Below, piece by piece: positions 48,988 to 57,281 of a DNA stretch of 64,000 nucleotides (positions within the stretch are counted from its first letter, which is position 1; every line of letters starts with the position of its first letter). Source of the stretch: Phycisphaerales bacterium (GTDB taxonomy: Bacteria > Planctomycetota > Phycisphaerae > WQYP01). Made by a program: the position numbers and the translations under genes. The stretch spans positions 89,679 through 153,678 of the forward strand of contig DAIDJN010000041.1 in assembly GCA_027451365.1 (NCBI GenBank), written 5' to 3'. The notes below the pieces were generated by a model, which saw only the letters and a list, made by a program, of their open reading frames with translations, was not told where the DNA came from and did not search any database.

Positions 48988-49003
48988 TGCAATTGGTGTG
49001 CCG
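48988..49003 (-). promoter_or_regulatory. sigma54 (-24/-12) promoter
   Basis: Minus strand CGGCAC-ACCAA-TTGCA, oriented towards the 48453-48758 gene. Confidence 0.75.
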
Positions 49004-49291
49004 CTTTTCAAATCAAGTGCGTACCAAGGCCAATTTTCATGGCATGCTGGCGGCGCGAAATGGCTCATGTGGTGCATAAATCTGGCCGCAAACGATCGCA
49101 TGGCATATTTATGCCCGATTGTGCCGTTGGGCAGTTCGCCTGTAGCAGATCACATGCTGCCGTTGCCTGTCAGCCCGTTCTGACCGAACAACTCGCCAAA
49201 ATGTCGCGGACATTTTGGCATTGCCGGCGCGTTTTGGATTAAGAAAGCCGAAAAATGGCCTGTTTGGCTGATAAACAGGCCATTTTCCCGT

Positions 49292-49345
49292 CGGCATTGC
49301 AATTGCAATAACAATAGTGCGCCTGCAGGTGGCAGGTATGTTGCC
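49292..49345 (+). promoter_or_regulatory. Two candidate sigma54 promoters
   Basis: CGGCAT-TGCAA-TTGCA (49292-49307) and TGGCAG-GTATG-TTGCC (49330-49345) upstream of the GGDEF gene. Confidence 0.55.
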
Positions 49346-49410
49346 TTGCTTTGCGCTGGGGCGCGGAAGGCCATGCTGGCATTTGTCGAATGACTTATCG
49401 GGGATTCAAT

Positions 49411-50316
49411 ATGCCTGAACCAATGCGGCAATCGGAAAGCGGGTCGGCCGTCCCGGCTATTTTATCTCCGACTGGTGATCACGCCGTGAAAACGCTTGAA
49501 TCGCTGCACCGGTATATGTTGCTTGTCGCACAACATCTGGAGGAAAATGTGCACCGCATATCCATGCCGGCCCGCGGCCGGGAAGGGCCGCCTTTCGGCG
49601 AGACGCTGGACCGCATTATCCGCAAATGTGTTCATGACCTGCAATCCCTGACGCATTCCATGGCGGGAGAACTCGCGCAACGCGCGGCTCTTGAACAGCA
49701 GTTGCTGGCCACCCAGACCGTTGCCGAGCAATATCGGCAGATGGCCTTTCATGATCCGGTGACCGCGTTGCCCAACCGCATTCTGCTGCACGACCGGCTG
49801 GATATCGCCCTGGCCCAGGCCAGGCGACATAAACGTTCGTTTGCGGTTCTATTTATAGACATTGATAAATTCAAATATATAAATGATACGTTCGGACATG
49901 CCGCCGGCGATACCATTCTGCGGCTGATTGCCGACAAGCTGCGGGGCTGTATGCGAACCGAGGACACCGTAAGCCGCGCCGGCGGGGATGAATTTCTCTG
50001 CCTCCTGATGGAAGTCAAAAACCAAGACGCGGTAAAATCTGTCGCCGAGTGCATGTTCGCCCAAATCGCCCAGGCTGCGGGTACCGTTGGCTTTAATATC
50101 GCGGTGAAACTCAGTGTTGGCTGTGCCATGTGCCCGCTGGATGGCGTAACCCCCGAAATCCTTTTGCGAAACGCCGACAAGGCCATGTACCGCGCTAAGA
50201 GGGCCGGGACAGGCCTGGCCTTTTGTGATGACCATGCCGCGGATATTGATAACACATGGAAGGACAACTCCATCTCTTCGTCAGCCATGAGAATGCCCAC
50301 AAGTTATCGCTGTTGA
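49411..50316 (+). CDS. Diguanylate cyclase (GGDEF)
   Basis: HDPVTALPNR, DIDKFKYINDTFGH..GD, I-site RTED, intact GGDEF, ADKAMY.AK. Confidence 0.93.
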   Translation: MPEPMRQSESGSAVPAILSPTGDHAVKTLESLHRYMLLVAQHLEENVHRISMPARGREGPPFGETLDRIIRKCVHDLQSLTHSMAGELAQRAALEQQLLATQTVAEQYRQMAFHDPVTALPNRILLHDRLDIALAQARRHKRSFAVLFIDIDKFKYINDTFGHAAGDTILRLIADKLRGCMRTEDTVSRAGGDEFLCLLMEVKNQDAVKSVAECMFAQIAQAAGTVGFNIAVKLSVGCAMCPLDGVTPEILLRNADKAMYRAKRAGTGLAFCDDHAADIDNTWKDNSISSSAMRMPTSYRC

Positions 50317-50338
50317 AAAGCCGGGGCGCCCAAACTGC

Positions 50339-51490
50339 GGTCCTTAAACTGATGTGCGTAAGCTGACGTGCATAAACTGGGGGTCGGGCGTCTCGCCCGA
50401 TATCGCAATTGAATAAGGAGACCTTAATTTGAGGTCCTTAAACTGATATGTTTAAACTGATATGTTTAAACTGATGTGTTGAAGCTGATGTGCTTAAGCT
50501 GGGGGTCGGGCGTCTCGCCCGACATGTCATCCCCACCGGCGGCCAGGATGGCCGCCCCCCACGAAGACTGTTTACAATCCGCAAGCAAATGGCGACAAGG
50601 CGCGCCACCAGATCGCCCTCACCCACGCCAAGATTTACCTCTCGCCCGATATCGCAATTGAATAATGAGACGTTAATTTGAGGACCTTAAACTGATGTGC
50701 CTAAGCGGATGTGTTTAAGCTGATGTTCTTAAGCTGATGTGTTTAAGCGGATGTGTTTAAATTGGGGGTCGTGCGTCTCGCCCGACACGTCATCCTCACC
50801 GGCGGCCAGGATGGCCGCCCCCCACGAAGACTGTTTACAATCCGCAAGCAAATGGCGACAAGTCGCGCCACCAGATCGCCCTCACCCACGCCAAGATGAA
50901 GTCTCGCCCGATATCGCAATTGAATAAGGAGACGTTAATTTGAGGTCCTTAAACTGATATGTCTAAACTGATGTGCGTAAACTGATATGCTTAAACTGAT
51001 GTGTTTAATCTGGGGGTCGGGCGTCTCGCCCGACACGTCATCCCCACCGGCGGCCAGGATGGCCGCCCCCCAGGAAGACTGTTTACAATCCGCAAGCAAA
51101 TGGCGACAAGTCGCGCCACCAGATCGACCTCACCCACGCCAAGATGTACATCTCGTCCGATATCGCAATTGAATAATGAGACGTTAATTTGAGGTCCTTA
51201 AACTGATGTGCCTAAGCGGATGTGTTTAAGCTGATGTTCTTAAGCTGATGTGTTTAAGCTGATGTGCTTAAGCTGGGGGTCGGGCGTCTCGCCCGACATG
51301 TCATCCCCACCGGCGGCCAGGATGGCCGCCCCCCAGGAAGACTGTTTACAATCCGCAAGCAAATGGCGACAAGTCGCGCCACCAGATCGCCCTCACCCAC
51401 GCCAAGATGGACACCTCGCCCGACATGTCATCCCCACCGGCGGCCAGGATGGCCGCCCCCCACGAAGACTGTTTACAATCCGCAAGCAAA
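50339..51490. repeat. Nested tandem array: about 250-bp units, each with 14-bp minisatellite copies and an inverted REP-like hairpin pair
   Basis: Anchor TATCGCAATTGAATAA at 50401, 50650, 50912, 51161; 14-mer TAARCTGATRTGYY runs; hairpins GTCGGGCG-TCT-CGCCCGAC and GGCGGCCA-GGA-TGGCCGCC. Confidence 0.97.
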
Positions 51491-51607
51491 GCGCGATAAA
51501 AAGCGTCATCGCGTCGCAAGTCGCCACTTTGACCCGGCCATTATGGCCCGGCCGTCAGGCGCGGCCCGCCGCTTAACAAAAAACGCCGCTTTGGCCCAAA
51601 AAATATG

Positions 51608-51623
51608 TGGCACATGAATTGCT
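51608..51623 (+). promoter_or_regulatory. sigma54 (-24/-12) promoter
   Basis: TGGCAC-ATGAA-TTGCT, a consensus match 63 bp upstream of the DUF3309 gene. Confidence 0.85.
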
Positions 51624-51686
51624 TAATATACTGGCGTGGTTTTAAATTGACCACGGGTGGGGAACAAAACTGAAAGGCGTGTACTC

Positions 51687-51851
51687 ATGGGTTTGATTTT
51701 GCTTGTTGTATTGGTCCTGATCATGCTTAGTGTGCTTCCCACGTGGGGTTACAGTCGTCAATGGGGTTATGGCCCGACTGGTGGTCTGGGTGTCATTCTT
51801 CTAATCGTCATTGTGCTGGTATTAATGGGTGTTATTCCCGGTAGATTTTAA
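51687..51851 (+). CDS. DUF3309-family small membrane protein
   Basis: LPTWGYSRQWGYGPTGGLG between two hydrophobic segments. Confidence 0.88.
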   Translation: MGLILLVVLVLIMLSVLPTWGYSRQWGYGPTGGLGVILLIVIVLVLMGVIPGRF

Positions 51852-52124
51852 ATATCATCGCGCGTCGCCTTCAAGAAATAGCCGTATTTAGTGTCGGAAC
51901 GCATTAAAAAGCGCGGAGTGTGGAACAAAATATTCCCGAGGTTTCTCTCATGCGGGCGGGCGGTGCACCCCGCGCACATGGGCTGGATGTCGGCGAATTT
52001 CCCGGAAAATTGCCCGGTTTCAATTGGTCTGTCCAATAACGGGCGAATTTTCCAAAGTGGTTTGATGTGCGTGGCCTTCAGATTAATCTGACCTGCCGCG
52101 ATATCAAATAGTATTTAAGGAGAC

Positions 52125-52919
52125 ATGAAAATGTTTCGTAAAAACATCACAACGTGGTTGTCCGCCGGAGCTGTCGCTTCGCTGGCCTTATCCGGCGCCG
52201 TTTCCGCGGTGCAGGCTCAGCCGGTTATTGAGTACAGCCTGAACAATGGCGCCACCTTCACCAGTCTGGCTAATCCCAGCGCCATCAACACCATCGTGGA
52301 TGGTTCGATCGGCGCATTTACCGTCACCAGTCTTTCGGCCCTGGCGGTGAACAACAGCAGTCTTGCTAATTTGAATCTCGGAATGGCCAGCATCAGTTTT
52401 GCCGCCACTCCTGGTTCAACCGTCAGCAATGTCAATATTCTGTTCCAGGCCAGCGCTACCGGATTCACTTATGATCCCGTCGGCGTGAATTTCCTGGAAT
52501 CAGCGGGTTCGGCCACCCTGCTTCATGTGGCGTCATCCACTGGCGATTCCCTTTCACTTAAGGGTGGGTCGGACACGGGTAATAATCTCTTTACCTTCAC
52601 CACCACATCCAACCCGGTCGGGAGTCCGTTTGTATTCGCTGGTTCCACCTCTTCAGGAACCGAAAGTTCCAGTTTTGGAATTGACCCTGTGCCGAATCCA
52701 AGCATTAATTCCACGGGCTATTCGCTGACCACCACATTGGATTTTACCAGCTTTTACGTGGGTGATATTTATAACAATCCGTCATCCACAGTCACCGTCT
52801 CCAATACCGAGCCGCTTTCGGCAGGCGCCGCGCCACTGCCCGCGACCGGTCTTCTGACCCTGGTGGGGGGAATCGCCATGATTGGCGGAGTGGCGATCCG
52901 TCGCCGCCTGAAGGTCTAA
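52125..52919 (+). CDS. Secreted surface protein with PEP-CTERM-like (APLPA) tail
   Basis: AAGGAG RBS; signal peptide ending VQA; S/T-rich; C-terminus APLPATGLLTLVGGIAMIGGVAIRRRLKV. Confidence 0.88.
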   Translation: MKMFRKNITTWLSAGAVASLALSGAVSAVQAQPVIEYSLNNGATFTSLANPSAINTIVDGSIGAFTVTSLSALAVNNSSLANLNLGMASISFAATPGSTVSNVNILFQASATGFTYDPVGVNFLESAGSATLLHVASSTGDSLSLKGGSDTGNNLFTFTTTSNPVGSPFVFAGSTSSGTESSSFGIDPVPNPSINSTGYSLTTTLDFTSFYVGDIYNNPSSTVTVSNTEPLSAGAAPLPATGLLTLVGGIAMIGGVAIRRRLKV

Positions 52920-52958
52920 GCCTCTTAGGCCCTGTTAAACAAACTGTCTCTTCCCCAA

Positions 52959-52995
52959 GGCGGGGTGGCCACTGTGGGGCTCCCCGCCTTTTTTT
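52959..52995 (+). terminator. Intrinsic terminator
   Basis: GGCGGGG...CCCCGCC stem followed by T7. Confidence 0.75.
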
Positions 52996-53166
52996 CGCGC
53001 CGATAAAGCACTGCGCACTCTTGGTTCAGGAATCCCGGCTGAACGTCCGCAAAAATTGCGCCCCGCCAATAGCCGCCCGCAAACCGCCAACCCCATTCCA
53101 GGCTCAATTATGCAGACTGGCGTAAATTAAGGGTGGCCCGCGCGAAAAACGGCTCATGCGCAAACC

Positions 53167-53276
53167 GGGTGTCGGGCGTCTGGCCCGACGAATTGTTCCC
53201 ACCGGCGGCCAGGATGGCCGCTCCCGTCAAGACTGTTTACAACCCGCAAGCAAATAATGACAAGACGCGCCACCAG
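53167..53276. repeat. Diverged solo copy of the array core
   Basis: GTCGGGCGTCTGGCCCGAC...CCCACCGGCGGCCAGGATGGCCGC...AAGACTGTTTACAACCCGCAAGCAAAT...GACAAGACGCGCCACCAG. Confidence 0.9.
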
Positions 53277-53468
53277 CTCAACAGCGTTCACACATTAACC
53301 TACGCCTTCCCCGACGGTTGCAATTCAATTGGCCAGGCATCAACTCCGGCGGCTACGAATGGCCGCCCGTCAAGAATATTTGCCGTCAGCAAGTGGTTTG
53401 TGATATGACACGTCTGGTGATCAAACCCAGTGCGCTTTGCCATGAAATTGTTCAGTCAATAAGTCCGG

Positions 53469-54980
53469 TTATGCGGGGGAATGCGGCGTTCGGGAATCTG
53501 CGGCGGTGGCACGGTTTATATCCGTGCGAAGCAGCACCAACGAAGGTGTTTCCTGGCGTCCCAGCTTGCGCTGCAACGTTCGCACGCTGATGCCAATTGC
53601 GTGGGCCGCGCGCGTTTTATTATTGTGGTGCCGCTGCATGGCCGCTTGTATGGCCAATTGTTCAAGTTGCGCCAGTGTCAGAAGTGGCTCATCTTCGTTC
53701 GTGGAAATATAACTGGAAATTATCGTCGGCGGGACAACCGGTGCAAGGCCCCGCTGTGTCGGGGCTATCGCCAGCGCCCCGGATGCGTCTTGTATGGCCG
53801 GCGGCAGGTCCTTCAGACTGATGACCGTATTGTCGCGGTCTGACAGCACCATTGCGCGCTCTATCACGTTCAGCAGTTCTCTTACGTTTCCGGGCCAGTG
53901 ATAGCGTTGCAGGGCCTCCATCGCCGGGATGGAGATGGAATCAATCGGTGTGGCGATATTCCGCAGATTCACATGCTCAATAAAATAGCGCACCAGCAGT
54001 GGTATATCATCAAGGCGAGCCCGCAGGGGCGGTACACGGATGGTGATGATGTTCAGGCGATAATATAAATCTTCACGAAATAAGCCTTCCCGTACCATAT
54101 TTGGCAAATCTCGGCTCGTGGCCGCAATCACGCGCGTATTTACCTTGATCTCGCGATGGCCGCCCAGCGGGGTGACAATTCTATTTTCCAGAATTCGCAG
54201 AAGCTTCGCCTGAAGAGACAATGCGCAATCGCCAATCTCATCAATAAAAAGTGTGCCGCCGCTGGCCGCCTCAAACCGCCCGATTCGCGAACCGACCGAT
54301 CCGGAAAAGGCCCCCTTGTCGTATCCGAATAATTCACTTTCCACCAGCGTTTCCGGCATGGCCGCACAGTTTAAAGCAATAAACGGTCCCGTTTTTCTCT
54401 GCGAATTCCGGTGAATGGCCTGCGCCACCAGGTCCTTACCTGTGCCCGATTCGCCAAGAATAAGGACTGTGCTGAACGCCCGTGAAGACCGGGCAATCAA
54501 ATCAAAAACATCCCGCATGAGCTGGGATTGACCAATGATATGGTCATTGACACCATCGCCAATTTCCGGCGTGGGGGGCTTCTGTTCGTTCTGGCACGCA
54601 TGAATCAGGTCCATCAGGCGGGACAGCATCAGCTTTGCATCGGTTACATTTTGCAGATCATCAAATGTGCCCGTGTTAATGGTTTCAATCAGGGATTTCA
54701 CGGATTCGGTTTCATGAATAACCGGCAAAGGTGTGTTCGGAAAATAATTTCGCCAGTGCTTAATCAGGTCCAGACGCGATATGTCTCCGGATATAACCCC
54801 AGCCACAACGCAATCAATGCCCTCGCCCACAAAACTCAGCGCCTTTTCCGCGGAATCCGTGGTTTTGACAACATAACCCGCGTTGGTCAGCAACTGTTCC
54901 AGCGCGGCACGCTGGCTCGGATTGTCTTCAATCACCAGTATTTCATATTGATCAGTTTGATCACTTTTTTGAGAAGTCAT
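53469..54980 (-). CDS. sigma54-dependent activator (NtrC-like bEBP) with a degenerate receiver domain
   Basis: GESGTGKD, ESELFG.DKGAFSGS, LFIDEIG, FREDLYYRL, WPGNVREL, Fis-type HTH; receiver reads DCVVAGV at the phospho-Asp position. Confidence 0.93.
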   Translation of the reverse strand: MTSQKSDQTDQYEILVIEDNPSQRAALEQLLTNAGYVVKTTDSAEKALSFVGEGIDCVVAGVISGDISRLDLIKHWRNYFPNTPLPVIHETESVKSLIETINTGTFDDLQNVTDAKLMLSRLMDLIHACQNEQKPPTPEIGDGVNDHIIGQSQLMRDVFDLIARSSRAFSTVLILGESGTGKDLVAQAIHRNSQRKTGPFIALNCAAMPETLVESELFGYDKGAFSGSVGSRIGRFEAASGGTLFIDEIGDCALSLQAKLLRILENRIVTPLGGHREIKVNTRVIAATSRDLPNMVREGLFREDLYYRLNIITIRVPPLRARLDDIPLLVRYFIEHVNLRNIATPIDSISIPAMEALQRYHWPGNVRELLNVIERAMVLSDRDNTVISLKDLPPAIQDASGALAIAPTQRGLAPVVPPTIISSYISTNEDEPLLTLAQLEQLAIQAAMQRHHNNKTRAAHAIGISVRTLQRKLGRQETPSLVLLRTDINRATAADSRTPHSPA

Positions 54981-55506
54981 TCCAATGGCTCCAAATCCGG
55001 ACGCCAGCGCCCACTTATTTCCTGGGAGTCGGCCAACTGTGCCCCCCCATCGCAGAATTTGCCACCTGCCAGCCTGTTCTTAACCACAACTAAGGATAGC
55101 GGTATGCGCCTGGTAAAGCAAACCAAAATCGGGCCAGTCCCATGCCGCTGCCGCGCGACCGCGGCCGCCAATGCGCATGACCTTGCGAGCCAAGCCAATC
55201 CCGTCCGCTCTGTCGTGCCCGATTCCCCTTCGTTGCTGACCGGGTCTGGTAAAGAAATTGTCGCCGTCCTGGCCGCCGGGCAGAAGGCACGCGCATATGC
55301 AACTCACGCCGATGCGCTGGGCATGTTATTTGGCGAGGGGGCTTGAATCCGGCCTGGGGGAGGGTGGAGCGGAATCTGTGGTGCAGGATTGACAGGATTG
55401 CCACGATAGCGTGAAGGCGGCCCATGTCCGACGGAAAAGGAATGCCCATGTTTAGGAACGCTTCAGCAAATGCGACCCCTGTTTTCGGCCCCTGGCCCGA
55501 CCACCT

Positions 55507-56118
55507 TTAAATGCCTATGCCGACGACCACCATCGGTACCGCCGGACTGCTTCTCCCCTGACGAATAAGATCGTAAAGGCCGCCTTCGTAATATCCGACG
55601 CCCGAGGACATCTGTGATTGAAAGTGTTTTATTGGAAGTATTTCGATGCCTACATCAATGACGTCGCCCACGAAAAAAGCCATATGCTTTACAAACATGT
55701 CGTAAGCCACAAAAGAATATTTGCCAAATTGTATTTCCAGGGCGATGCGATCCTTCACGAAATCGGTCTGATTGTAGGATTTAATAGGTGTTTTGCTGGC
55801 CTTCTCGATCTCGTGTTTTTGCTGATCCGGCTGTAAAGTCAACGTCCGGCGAATAAGCTGATGATCAGATGTGACCCAATAATAAGTGCGGGATTCCTTC
55901 CAGCCAAGCGGGCCGAGTGCTCTTGTAAAAGCGCTGTTCATGGCGACGGGGCTGTAAAGCGTTCGCCCTCTCATGGTTTTCTCACGGGAGATTTTCGTAC
56001 GGCATTTCTCGGCGTCAATACCTTCGATGACCTCTTCAACTTCTTTCCACAATTCCGGTTTGTGAACCAAGATATGTTCATGACCGTTAAGATGCGAATA
56101 AAGCGCGTGAATCTTCAC
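55507..56118 (-). CDS. Type II restriction endonuclease, BglII/BstYI family
   Basis: YSHLNG.E, QTDFVKDRIALEIQFGKY, VGIEILP, MSSG..YYE. Confidence 0.85.
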   Translation of the reverse strand: MKIHALYSHLNGHEHILVHKPELWKEVEEVIEGIDAEKCRTKISREKTMRGRTLYSPVAMNSAFTRALGPLGWKESRTYYWVTSDHQLIRRTLTLQPDQQKHEIEKASKTPIKSYNQTDFVKDRIALEIQFGKYSFVAYDMFVKHMAFFVGDVIDVGIEILPIKHFQSQMSSGVGYYEGGLYDLIRQGRSSPAVPMVVVGIGI

Positions 56119-57008
56119 GATTGGCCCCCGCTGGGCAAGGTGGGGTCGTAAATCGGCCTGTCCATCGGACGAGTTTTAAGCAGACCGGCACGCAGAGACT
56201 CAACGCGGTTCTGGGCAATTTGAACATAACGCGGATCAATATCGCACCCCACGCCATCGCGGCCGTTTTTAATTGCCGCTATTACGCTGGTTCCCGCGCC
56301 CATATAAGGGTCGAAGACCGTTTGGCCCGCCCTGGTCATGGAAAGCACCAATCGTTCCACCAGTTCAACCGGAAATTGGCACGGGTGTGCGGTTTTTTCC
56401 ACATGGTTTGCCTTTACATTTGGTATCAACCACACATCTCCCGGATTTTTACCCAACGGATTGCAGGAGAACTGCCCGGCCCGCGGACCTTTGAAATATT
56501 TCTTTCCCGGATATTTCGACGGTACCCGAATCGGATCCAGATCGAATACATAATCATCCGATTTGGTGAACCACAGGATCACTTCGTAGCGTCCGGAAAA
56601 TCGCTTGGTGCAATGCAATCCGTGCGCAAAATGCCAGACAATGCGATTTCGCAGCATCAGGCCATGTTTTTTGAAAATTGGGTATAGCACAACGTCCAGC
56701 GGAACAACTTCGCGTTCCAGACTGATGTGATTGCCGACCTGCCAGCAAATTGAGCCATTCGGACGCAGGAGGCGAACGCATTCCGCGATAACTTGTTCCT
56801 GCGATTGAATATAGCCGCCCAGACTGTTGCGCCGCTCATATTCTTTGCCAATATTATACGGTGGTGAGGTAATGATTAACTGTGCCAGGGCATCGGGCAG
56901 AGTCGCCATAAATTTAAGGTTATCCTGACAGGCGATGGTTGCGTCGCCTAATTTCAGGGAATCGGCGGAGGGGTTATGGTCGTACGAAGAGAAGAGTGTA
57001 GGCGTCAT
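56115..57008 (-). CDS. DNA methyltransferase, beta class (N4-cytosine type SPPY)
   Basis: TSPPYN precedes HPCQFP and DPYMGAGT; stop overlaps the endonuclease start; start set at ATG 57008. Confidence 0.92.
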   Translation of the reverse strand: MTPTLFSSYDHNPSADSLKLGDATIACQDNLKFMATLPDALAQLIITSPPYNIGKEYERRNSLGGYIQSQEQVIAECVRLLRPNGSICWQVGNHISLEREVVPLDVVLYPIFKKHGLMLRNRIVWHFAHGLHCTKRFSGRYEVILWFTKSDDYVFDLDPIRVPSKYPGKKYFKGPRAGQFSCNPLGKNPGDVWLIPNVKANHVEKTAHPCQFPVELVERLVLSMTRAGQTVFDPYMGAGTSVIAAIKNGRDGVGCDIDPRYVQIAQNRVESLRAGLLKTRPMDRPIYDPTLPSGGQS

Positions 57009-57281
57009 AATACGAACCGCTCCATTGTATGACTTGATTGAAATATACCATAGAGGACCAATTTTCGCACCAGTCGCTGATTTTCCGCGGACCGGCAAGA
57101 AATTATATGCAAACGTCAGGCGACGCGCTGCGAAAAGAGAAGCAATGCCCGATACATCAAAGGGCAGGCTGATTTATAAGTCCGCCGCCAGTGGCCGCTC
57201 CAGAAATTGCACAAGCCGGGTCGTATGGCAAATAAGAGGCTGCCGCGCAAAACGGCTGATCAAATCGCCGCAGGCGTCAAA

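Noticed and set aside
50590..50604. TGGCGACAAG[GT]CGC in each unit as a sigma54 promoter
   Set aside because: Spacing is GG-N9-GC and the TTGC element is absent
50339..51490. CRISPR array
   Set aside because: Sequences between repeats are near-identical rather than unique spacers, the period is about 250 bp, and no cas genes are present
50438..51617. Repeated 61-117 aa ORFs in the array
   Set aside because: They occur in several frames, start inside the 14-mers, have no RBS, and the 14-bp period shifts frame; by-products of the repeat
54528..55346. 272-aa plus-strand ORF and similar long shadow ORFs (e.g. 5540-6340, 41545-42318, 61973-62734)
   Set aside because: They overlap well-supported genes, have no motifs, and are expected in GC-rich DNA
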